Under the pieces are notes generated by a model that was given only the letters and a program-made list of their open reading frames with translations, was not told where the DNA came from and ran no database searches. This document shows positions 38,701-48,124 of a stretch of DNA of 64,000 bases, piece by piece. The position numbers and the translations under genes are program-made. The stretch covers positions 1 through 64,000 of the forward strand of contig ADNK01003488.1 in NCBI GenBank assembly GCA_000320545.1, read 5' to 3'. The stretch comes from Bigelowiella natans CCMP2755 (lineage: Eukaryota; Protista; Cercozoa). Position 1 is the stretch's first letter, and every line of letters starts with the position of its first letter.

Positions 38701-40733
38701 TCTCCCCTACCTACGCTAGGACTGCAGCTGCTTTTACTACTGCTTACCGGAAGGAGAACTCTGTAGGCCTCAGCTTCGCTAAGGTGTGGGCCAAGGCTGG
38801 CCTTGATGCCCACTTCGATAACCTAATAAAGTTATGCAGCAACACCCTATTGAATGCTAAGCTAGACACTACTAGACCAGCTACCCTATGGACAGACTGG
38901 TCTAAGCTAGGTATGGCTGCTGTACTTACCCAAGACCAGCAGATCATACGGGTGTGGGGCAGGGCCTGCACAGCAGCTGAGGCCAAGTACAGCCCTACAA
39001 AAGGAGAGTATAAAGCCATGACTGAGGCGCAGAGGAAACTAAGATACTACCTGCTGTCGGTGCCCAGCTTCACCTTAATGACTGACCACAAGCCCCTCCT
39101 AGGCATCGACCGCAAGCTCGAAGCGCCTAACGATGAGTATGCAGCTATGAGGGCGGACACGGAAGAGTTTAGGGACAAGAGGACAGTGGTCTACGCACCA
39201 GGAGACAAGCAGCTTGCTGACTATTTCAGCAGGCTGTTCGAAAAGAAAGTCCCTACCCAGGTCACCCCTATGGTTAACGCGATTACCTTCGAGGACGGCG
39301 ACTTCCTGCCTGAGCCAGAGGAGCTCCAGCACCTTCAAGAACACCTGGATAAATACAAACACAAGCATGAGGTACTTAGTGATAGGATATATGTATACAC
39401 TAATAATGTTAGGCGTACCTACGTGCCACGGCGGACCAGGGGAGCCCTTCTCTTTACCGCCCATGGACCTGCACACGTAGGAGAAAACCATATCACTGCT
39501 CTACTCTACCATTACTACTGGCCCTACAAGCTAAAAGAGATAAGGACATACCTGCGTGGCTGCAGGTGCTCCAGCTTGAAGGCGGCAGGCGTCGCCACCA
39601 AGGAGTCCAGCAAGAGCCGTGCATCTAAGAAAATCAAAGCAAGGAACTTCTTAGATATCGTGCAAATTGATGTTTATAAGTACGATGGCTATCACTACCT
39701 TACCTTCGTTGATGTGGCCACTGGAAAGTGCTGGGTTAAAAAGATTATCAAGGTCAACGTTGCTAAGAAGAACAAAGGCTTATATAAGCAGAGGCTTACT
39801 AACTGCTACCGTACCTGGGAGTCTGAGCTCCAGGCTATCCCTGATGAAGTTAGCATAAACAAGATACCAAAGAAGTTACATGTGGATAATGAGACCTCTC
39901 TTCTACAGCTACCACACCCTAATATTGATGCCTCACCTGTATACTATGCCCAGTCCAACTCCAAGGTAGAGCGACTCCACCGCACCTTGGCCAACCTAAG
40001 CAGGATAAATAGCACCACACCAGACAAGATACAAGGGTTAGTAAACGACACCTTCACGTCTGGGGGAGGTATCAAGGATAAGGAGAGGGAAGAAGGCGAC
40101 GACAACGACGACGATACCGAGAGCGAAGACGAGAAGGTCCCGTACGATGGCCGAGTTCTAAAGGAAGGACAGTATGTTAGGGCCAAGGTAAATCTGAGAT
40201 CGAGAAATAAACAAGACCCCTTCTGGGGTGGCGTTGCAAAGGTTACCGAGAGGAAGGGGAGGAAGCAGTACTACATCTATGATGGGAACAGGGTCACCTT
40301 GCGCCACATCAGTCACCTAAAGAATTATGATATCGGTGAGAAGCTCCTAGAGGATGTTAAAGTAAACCCTACTGTGTGGGAGCGAGCAATGCCTTGTTTA
40401 GGACCCCGACCTAAGTTCGATGTGGAATATGGAAACAATAAGGTCAGGGTGAACGACGATTGGCGCATGAAGATTGTCTATCTAGGCTACCCTGGATTAC
40501 GAAATATGGAGAGGGTAGCTATGAAAATAAAGGACGGAAAATATCAGCTACTCTACCTAGCTGTTCCCGACTTACCCTTTGAGCACTGGTATAAGGTCCT
40601 GGGGGACCTTGATGCAGAGGGCTGGTATGGACACGAACCTAAGGACGAAGGTGAGTTCTGGGTAAGCGACAAAGGAGATAAGGTTAGAGAGGAATCTATT
40701 ACCTGGTGGTTGGTGAAGTTCCGAAAGCGATGA
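35760..40733 (+). CDS. Gag-Pol polyprotein (1657 aa): Gag with zinc knuckle, protease, RT, RNase H, integrase and a C-terminal Dam-like domain
   Basis: CGYCSRKGKHTAKDC; ALWDSGS; SNSPWN, FPYGL and YVDD; LWTDWS, YSPTKGE and TDHKPL; HGPAHVG...CRC; VQIDV, LHVDN and SNSKVER. The ORF is uninterrupted. Confidence 0.96.
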   Translation: MSQQLEEQQDFGSQAVQGHEQKQERKGDTDAKEGGGTPPQAPPGPAPGIKKADAAAEALENFYEADDEDVAAESKKVVMALRALRPRASNYAKLKVSIEYKYQTHDVWAAIMQDIMDYEADLPPEWAALFRNDGGLGASRGTTQSTVKQQQPVQRNTQFMSVKTAPVMITKYNGKRGEARRWWKNARSILCDFTPNPTENDKLKWLAIIKQAMDLYETGRTRIRQLEKIHTTVSGLRDVEAIMKAFVNEQDANSLPQAIRKYRAMMQHEREPVRDFATRFQDMIDELHDFNYNTGDDQARFEEFKLKIKESTYVTEKGYTTMEAAVQAISLREQEQDRKFTSPKVPGIGNINAIKPQRDWYKDREGNRRCGYCSRKGKHTAKDCRDRKEGRPRMTIRQLNEHYEKLKRKKGRGQGYNNSKWQGSNNGKNNKYKNKKQNSINAIQQQINGILDHLKQAPTKTAVPATQDQDKPMTLDDIKNLGVCNINDEDANRTIKVAMTKVKVKDSYGDYKKLPALWDSGSMPKSFISLSTVRRLGLLDQVTKKERKYAQADGSSSMKTVGELMLKLQIPGSDAETQIKTRVAMTLSMELLLGQDALEKLGGIISFYNHKIYFAKLPKKSGRTISQNMIRLDEWTSESSVNALEFMDLADNKLPTPTELRKKNPGKTIRQITELLDKTPPADDWDIDKGKKYINKILNEKYSDITKPTTKPSSKLTPVKIELKKGYEECIINDPEHRRPEADWEKIEWQINEWAKEGKIEPSNSPWNVRHVLAKKPTYPFFRLAHNFIRHNRVIKRIQTPTPRIDDVIEHVIGYKYYSSLDKNESYMQTPIHKTSRPITAFSSRHRKWHFVVFPYGLSISGDAFSSQNYRAYTHDGMASVLWVFVFVYVDDDIICTNTVVAQIFLLENIFIRFAHFGFTIRLQKCTFLATRIKWCGYYLEQGRITPNPEKVAALQQAPKPKNAKELKSFLQTAAWILRRFSPTYARTAAAFTTAYRKENSVGLSFAKVWAKAGLDAHFDNLIKLCSNTLLNAKLDTTRPATLWTDWSKLGMAAVLTQDQQIIRVWGRACTAAEAKYSPTKGEYKAMTEAQRKLRYYLLSVPSFTLMTDHKPLLGIDRKLEAPNDEYAAMRADTEEFRDKRTVVYAPGDKQLADYFSRLFEKKVPTQVTPMVNAITFEDGDFLPEPEELQHLQEHLDKYKHKHEVLSDRIYVYTNNVRRTYVPRRTRGALLFTAHGPAHVGENHITALLYHYYWPYKLKEIRTYLRGCRCSSLKAAGVATKESSKSRASKKIKARNFLDIVQIDVYKYDGYHYLTFVDVATGKCWVKKIIKVNVAKKNKGLYKQRLTNCYRTWESELQAIPDEVSINKIPKKLHVDNETSLLQLPHPNIDASPVYYAQSNSKVERLHRTLANLSRINSTTPDKIQGLVNDTFTSGGGIKDKEREEGDDNDDDTESEDEKVPYDGRVLKEGQYVRAKVNLRSRNKQDPFWGGVAKVTERKGRKQYYIYDGNRVTLRHISHLKNYDIGEKLLEDVKVNPTVWERAMPCLGPRPKFDVEYGNNKVRVNDDWRMKIVYLGYPGLRNMERVAMKIKDGKYQLLYLAVPDLPFEHWYKVLGDLDAEGWYGHEPKDEGEFWVSDKGDKVREESITWWLVKFRKR

Positions 40734-40775
40734 AGGTCTAAGGGAATAAGGAAGGAAGGAAGGAGCAACGTGACT

Positions 40776-40784
40776 TGGGGGAGG
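40776..40784 (+). promoter_or_regulatory. Polypurine tract
   Basis: (T)GGGGGAGG directly abuts the 3' LTR. Confidence 0.85.
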
Positions 40785-41110
40785 TGTAGCGCGTACCACT
40801 ACGCGGGCACAAGTCACGTGCGACAACAAAGGGGTTGTCGCGGATATAGAATATAGATAACGTAGATATTAATACAGCATAGGCACGTGGGTTCCGGCGG
40901 GACTCATGGCAGCACACCGGAAGTGTGCTGCCCCACGTGCGGCGGCATTCGCGAAAGCTTCGCGAATGATTACGCAGTGCACGATTTAATAAAAATATAA
41001 TCTTTAATAAAAATAAACACAACTCTTCAAAAGGAAGCAAACGTGCCTTTCCCCCCCCCTGCCTACTTGTGCACGTAGCGCCTCGGCCTGTGAACACCTT
41101 ACGCGCAACA
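40785..41110 (+). repeat. 3' LTR
   Basis: 326 bp, identical to the 5' LTR. Confidence 0.97.
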
Positions 41111-41665
41111 CGTTGGTCAAATCTGCATGCGCCAGAACCACATGGGAGACAGGCGTTTGCATGCAGCGAGTCACATTGACCGAGAAAGATTTCCCAGCAG
41201 CCAGCCGAATCATTGAAAAAACAACCATCCAACGGCACTAAGTCATGCGTGCACAAAAGCATTCGAATGCATTGTCATTTGGAGATGCGACAAATCTTCA
41301 AAAGACTTTTGCGACATCGGATTGACCTCCAACCAAAACAAATTGTAGGCGATATTTTGTGTGATTGGAGATTCTTATTTTTTCGGGTTGCTGCTACTAC
41401 ATCCAGCCACAAATAAAACACAATCTCGTTCGTTCGTGCGTACAAATTGTAAATACGAATCTACGAGGGTTAGCGTGCTTAGGAAGGAAGGGGCAGAAAC
41501 AAGATAAGTGGTTTTAAACCTTTCGTCCCCGAGTGCTCGCTATCGCCACCTACGTAAAATCAGTTCTTGAAGCATTGGTAGTTACATACAATAACTGCCT
41601 ACTTCACATTACTCAGGCGGTACTGGATTGGGTCGCATAGCGATCTAACTTTAATACATTGGCAA

Positions 41666-43612
41666 ATGGGTATCTGTGCCTCCGCATCCTCCCCGACAAC
41701 TGCTGGTGCTCGAATCTCTCCAGAACAGAAAAATGGCGACAAACATCTTAACGACAAGTTAACAGAGTAATGGAGATCAACAATGGGGAATTGAACAACA
41801 AGACCCAGCTCGAAACATTAGTAGATACATTGTTCTTCCTTTTGCAGGGTATTTTCCTTCATCTTCGTCTTTATCATCAATTGTCAAAGTTCGATGTTCA
41901 ATGTTCAATGTTCATTGTCGAAATATTGATCATTACGATAAATCGATAAATTCGATCGATACATTCGATTATATTACCTTCACAATAATGATGCCACTTC
42001 CAGGGACAAAAGAAAAGATGCTCGTGTGCATAAACTTCTTTTGCTTGGTGCTGGGGAGTCTGGGAAGTCAACACTTTTTAAGCAGGCAAGGAAATTTTCA
42101 CTTATTCGTGTAGCCAGATCGTAATTATTTTTGTTGTATATAAGCTAAGTGAAATATACGGCAATGGCTTCAAGATAGACGATAGAAGAGAATTCATTCC
42201 AGTGATTCACTCAAATACAATTGAAGGAATGCAGACTTTAGTTAAGGCTTCTGATCGCTTAGCTGCCAAAAATAAAAAATTTGAGATCACAGAGAAAAAA
42301 TCATTGGATGCAAAAGCATCCCTGATGAGACTAAGTGCAATCGATGACCCCCTTACCGAAAGGATATGTGAAGAAATTAGAACGTTATGGAATGATAAAT
42401 CCATAAAGGAGACCTACAAGTTAAGAGGAAGTTCTTATTACCTTGGAGATTCTGCGAAGTATTTCATTGAGAGGTTTCTCTTTGATACTTATGCAAATGC
42501 AACCCATGAAATATATAACGCAATATCAGGGCCGGATATACGTGGAAAAAAGACTACTGTCCTACACTTCAGGACCTTTTTAGGTTTATGCCAATTATTA
42601 AAATATAATCGATAATTTTAATCATCGAGCTGAAATTTTGTTCCACTAACAAGATCGCGAGTCAGAACATCAGGAATTTTGGAAATGGATTATGTCTACC
42701 AAAAAAGTGGGTCAATATTACTATTATTTTGTGACATTCTTCAATATTGTTTTTGCATTTCTGCAGCCCATTTCAAGGTTTTTGATGTTGGTGGGCAAAG
42801 AAATGGTATGTAATCCACATCTATTCTTTCAAAAATCTTATCTTACGTATCCGTATTTAGAGCGGAAAAAATGGATCCATCTCTTCCAAAAAGTTACAGC
42901 TGTTATCTTTGTCGCTGCTTTAAGGTGTTTTTCCTCATAAGAAAACGAAATGTTATGGGGGCTTGCTATTTGCTCCGCAGATAGGACAATCAGTGTAAGT
43001 TTTGCTTGAGAGTAGCAGATATTTTATCACATGTCTGTGGTTTACAAGTTGTCAATTTATGTCTCTTGCCCATAAGACATTCATTGTGATTATTTTTCAA
43101 ATTTACACTGATTGTTCCATGTTATTGAACCTTTAGTGGGTATAATCAAGTATTGTACGAGAGCAAAAAAGAGAAACGAATGATGGAGGCTCTGCGTCTC
43201 TTTGAGGAAATTTGCAACCTTCGTTGGTTCTCCAGTACCAACATAATTCTGTTCTTGAACAAAAGTGACCTTTTCATAGAAATGCTGCCGAGCACAGGAC
43301 TTGAGGTGTGCTTTGAAGATTACAAAGGCGACCGAAGTTTTGCAGTCGCCATTAATTTTATCAAGGTAGATTGTGATAAACCCGATGGGTCATGAATGCC
43401 ACAAAATTAACGTTGATATTGAGGCTTACAACACTCTTTGTTCCAAATGTATACTCCTTGTTTAGACAAAATTCGAAGAGAGAAGCAAGAATCAAATATA
43501 TACTCACGTAACAAATGCGATCGACACAAGAAATTGTTCTTATGTGTTCAACACGTGCCAAGACATTATAATCCGGAAATGCCTTGAAGATGCCGGTCTG
43601 CTTATGGCTTAA
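41666..43612 (+). CDS. Heterotrimeric G-protein alpha subunit
   Basis: MGICAS N-terminus (myristoylation/palmitoylation type), KLLLLGAGESGKSTLFKQ, RVRTSG, FDVGGQRNERKKWIH, IILFLNKSDLF and the C-terminus LEDAGLLMA*. Confidence 0.95.
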
Positions 43613-43949
43613 ATGACACTCACTAGGCATGCCTATGCAACAATGAAAGCAACACATAAATAACATCACATGTCATCTTACAAAATAAACAACGTTGTAA
43701 ACGATGTGATGACGACTAGCTTAGTCTTCTGCGGGGGGCGCTGCGAGCCTAACTGACTAATACCGCTGACAATTTGCATGATGCATTGCTCACCACATCC
43801 GAAATATTGCTTGTTTCACACATGGCAGTAACAGTACAAAGCTAACTGTGTAGCTATGCTAGTACGTTTAAGCGTAACTCCTTGTTGCACTCGTCGTCAG
43901 GCACTCGATCGCGGTCACATGCACTTTGAATCTTCGTAATTAGTACGTC

Positions 43950-44460
43950 CTTGCGTGGGCTAGCTAGCTAGTGGGGTGCAGCACTGCAATCTGTGAGCTT
44001 CGTGGTTGTTCATCACCATCGCTAGATCGGTGCAACCTTCTAGCCTTGTCAAGCTCTACAACTAGAGCTAGCAAGAGCGCTTCGCGGCGGGGCTGTGAAT
44101 GAAGACACGACGCTAGAACGTTGTGCGAGCAAGCAGCGTAGCTAGCTCTACTAGTTTGGAGCTGTGCGCAACTTGCGAATGCTAGAATGGTGAGTCGATG
44201 ACGACTGCTAGACTGGTACGGTGCATCATCGTTTGCTAGTCTGTGCTAGTGTGGTCGCACCTGCCAACATGTAGTGAATGTTGTGGCTAGCTAGCTGGCA
44301 TGAGCAATTGACGGTTCAGACAAGTGCTGCGCACGCGCACCTGTAACCGTGCATGGCAGGTAGCTACTACCAGACTACGTGATCTAGTGATGTCTAGATG
44401 TGCACTGTCTAGCTCTGAGCTGTGCTCTAGTGCTTTGTGGTGACCTCTCTAGAGCTTGAG
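43950..44460. other. TA-depleted, CTAG-rich island 4
   Basis: About 21 CTAG in ~510 bp. Most other TA are CTAC/GTAG half-sites. Confidence 0.85.
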
Positions 44461-44564
44461 ATGCTCATACATGAACGACTAGTCCAGGAAAGAAAAGCAG
44501 ATGGATATATGGACACTTCGTTCGTTGATGGTTGGCATCATGTAGGAGGACACCATGTTTCAAA

Positions 44565-46941
44565 TCAATCCAGGCCTAGGATGAGATCATCAAGGGAGCC
44601 TTCTAAAATGTTACCACTTGAATAAATAATTGATGACAATTATAAGCGATGTAGGAGATTTTACCATCTGCAGACTTCAAATTGTTCTCGGATTTGAAGT
44701 TCATGCTCATCGGAATTGTATCGACATGGAAATAGCTTTCTTCGCTCTGAACATCTTCGTGAGACGATGAATGCTCTTCTGATTTCGAACACGTATTTTG
44801 TCTCGGCTTTTCTTCCTGGGATGCGTCTTTTATGATTTCTACGACTTTTGGCTAACAACACAATCAGAGTCATACACGAATCATGAATAGAAAGCTAATA
44901 AATACCGATTTTGCCGAATCCGTCACTGGTTCGATGAAGGTATCAATTGCTTGGTGCACTTCACCATCTGCTTCGTCGAGCACAAGTATATCATCAACAT
45001 TTACCTTTGGATGCTCTGTCATAGTTTCCATAGTTTCGGCTTTTTCATCTGGTTTCACTATTTTTGGCTCAGCTTTTTGTTTTCTAGCCATTGGATCAAT
45101 GAGAGCGCATGATGAATGCGTTTCACTTTTTTCATCAGTCGTCCTCCTTTTCATATCACCTTCTGGGCCCTTTCTCGTGTCGACACTGTACAAGTGTGAA
45201 AATTATGAAATTAACTCATGAGAGATTGTCCTCGAGTTAGCCATAATCGAATACCTTTCCCCCAGAACGACAGGCTTCCTTATGCTGCACATTGATGCCT
45301 GTGATATCTTTGAATTACTATGCTTTTGACTTTTCAGCGCATCTTCTACCTCCTGCGGACTTAGTTTTTTCACCGGCAGCGTAACGAGTAATATTTGTTT
45401 TTTCCTCTTGTACTTTGCACTACCACGTTCATGCTCTACTTTGTATGGGAGATCAACGCTAAGAGCATCGTAAGGGGGGGCGTTCAGCGACAGATGCTTC
45501 TCTTGCATGTCTAAATCAACCAGCTTAAGATCTGTTACTGCAGGTATTCTGATTTTAACAACAAGTTCTGAAGGACGTCTTGAGCCAATAACCTCATGTC
45601 TCTCTGAACCAAACTGCAGTATGTTGTTCCCGAGTTGGGATCCTCTTTCTACAATGACATAATCTGGAACATTTCTTTTTCTTTCTGCATCCGAGTTTCC
45701 TTTTTGATTAGAGCTTCCACTAATCACAAGATTCGTTGGACGGACGTTTATTACCGTTAACGGAACCACGCAACTGCCAGTGCTGTCGCTACCACTACTA
45801 GTCAGCATCACTCTGTGGCGTCCACGAGAGCACAATTTTGACTTGATAACACCTTCACGTCCATTGTATTCTGGTTTTTTCCGTAACTGTTTAATTACTA
45901 CTACATCGCCTACGGAAAAGCTACTGTCGGTGCTTCTGTCTTTGCAGCCCTCTTCATTTTTCGGAGTAGTTTGTATTTTTGACCTGTTTTGTTGTTTTTT
46001 CACTGGTGGAATTCTAGAAACCGAAGTGGCATCGGTAGTTTCCTTCAAAAATCCAGATTGAGGAATGGACGGTGGTAGTATTTTTTTCGATGACGTAGTA
46101 TTTGGTTCATAAGTTGGAATCAAAGGATCTCTTGGAATATCCTTCGTGCTTTTTGCCGCTTCAGGATCTCTGAAGCTCAAGCTTGGGGGCTCACCGCCTT
46201 TGCATTTCACTCCATCTAGCACACTGAAGTAGAGAAAAAAAGATAATTCGATATCAAACGATTGATTTGCAGGTGGGGACACTGACAATAACTTAAGTGT
46301 AACTACCAGTATTCCGGAACGTTGAGCTTCTCTTTCATTACTCTTGAAACTCCTTCAAGAGCAGTTTTTATCATAAGATCCTGCATACGACCATCTGCCT
46401 TGAAGCTCGGCATATCCTTGCTATTAAATATCACATCGTATACGAGACTGGACTGCTTCTTCTCATTCAAGCAACTACGCGAATTTGGCCCCATACTAAA
46501 CAAACAGCATGAAGTCATATTTTAATATCGATTAGAGTATTCTCTTAGAGAAACGAATCATAAATTCTGAACATATTGATTTTGCACGGTCACTGTATTG
46601 TGTACGACCTGTACGGGATCCTCCACGAAGTACCCATCACCCCATTCTGTTCTACCGTCTATTTGCAGAAAGAGGTGAAGCAAAATATAGAAAACATTAC
46701 ACAAGTTTGTCCAACTGTCTAATATACTTAAATTTAATTTTGAAAGTCCTGAAACTACCGAAGGAGTAGCTCGATCAATATACTTCGAAGAACACACATT
46801 AACGAATATTGTTTCTTTCGTATCCAGAGTTGTCACTTCCACACAAAATTGAGGCTTTGGTCGAAGAATCTGCATAAAGTTTGTGATTGTTAAGTACTAC
46901 ATCTGGTATTTTACGTACCACATACACAAATATGCAAATTT

Positions 46942-46976
<35 letters not shown>

Positions 46977-47516
46977 CACATGCTTATTCTATATCACGTG
47001 AGAGTTTATTTCAAGCTGGAAAGGGACATATGTCGGTGTGTATGCATTTATTTATGAGAATGTGCGTAAGCGATGTCATTTTTTCAAATACGTGTTCTTA
47101 ACTCTGTAATATGAGAGAACAGAGAATATATGACTAATCATATTGAAATATTTCAACTACCTTCAAACCAGGAGGAAGTTGGTTGTTTCCCTCTAGTTGT
47201 CTAACATACATATCTTGCTCCTACGAATATATCATCATCATTGGCCACATAAATATCGATATTCGTCATTGATAAGTGCTATGTATGCGGTTACGAATAA
47301 GCATACCTTCCTTGTTTTCGGGTCATTCAGATCTCTCATGTAGTCATGGAGAAGATCGTGGAACTCTTTTTTCTTCATGCAATTATAAAGGCGGCGTTTT
47401 TCCTGAGACCAGACGTTTTAGCTATGATCAACTTTAGATGTAAGGAAAAGAAATGGGAAATTTTCACTTACATCTTCGGAGAGATTGAGCTTTTCATTGT
47501 TAAATACCCCATTCAT
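44565..47516 (-). CDS. DNAAF2: Dynein axonemal assembly factor 2 (kintoun/PF13), PIH1 plus CS domains
   Basis: Exons give EFHDLLHDYMRDLNDPKTRK|EQDMYVRQLE, ILRPKPQFCV...IFVNVCSS, VYDVIFN...LMIKTALEGV, the CS domain RPSELVVKIRIP...LSVDLPYKV...GSAKY...LLVTLPV, and the C-terminus LILGLD*. Confidence 0.88.
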
Positions 47517-48124
47517 GTCTCAATTTGGATTGGTCGCTGGAAATCCAAATTTACCAGTATTTCTTAACGGGGGTGGGGGGTTCAGGTACGTAGAGGAAGC
47601 AGCACTCACTCCTCCCACACTAGTCTACTTCTAAATGTTAGGACTTTGAAATGTGTGGAACCTCCTATAATAAAACGGACGTTTCGTTTGTTTGGATTTC
47701 ATGTCGCATTACAATAAACTCAGGTCGTTTTCCATCGTTGTCTCACCAATATCTCAGTCTCACACGTAGGACTTCGTTGATACGTGTGACTCCTTTTTGA
47801 ACCAAGAATGCCAAACCGCTGCTTCTTTCTTCAATCTACAACCATTTATTCGTGAAATCTTCCATATATTATTGTCGTATCACTAATTTGTACGATGATT
47901 GATATAGATCCAGAGTTGTGCAATGCTTTGCCTATTTCTTACGAAGTGGGAAAAGGCTCGTGGCTCCGCGTACACTGTGCCCCTCTCTTCCATTCCCTCA
48001 TCCATCTGATATCACTGTATTCCGGGAGAAGTAAGATTCTAGCTTAAGTCGATTCGACGCAGCTGAAGATTTGATACCACAGCCTATGGCTACTACTATC
48101 CCTGGTTTTTGAAGATAGGGGGCG

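Larger units (their letters stand above)
35395..41110 (+). mobile_element. Intact Ty3/Gypsy (Metaviridae) LTR retrotransposon
   Basis: Two identical 326-bp LTRs (TG...CA), a PBS, a PPT and a single gag-pol ORF in PR-RT-RH-IN order. Flanks TGTT and CGTT form an imperfect 4-bp target-site duplication. Confidence 0.97.
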
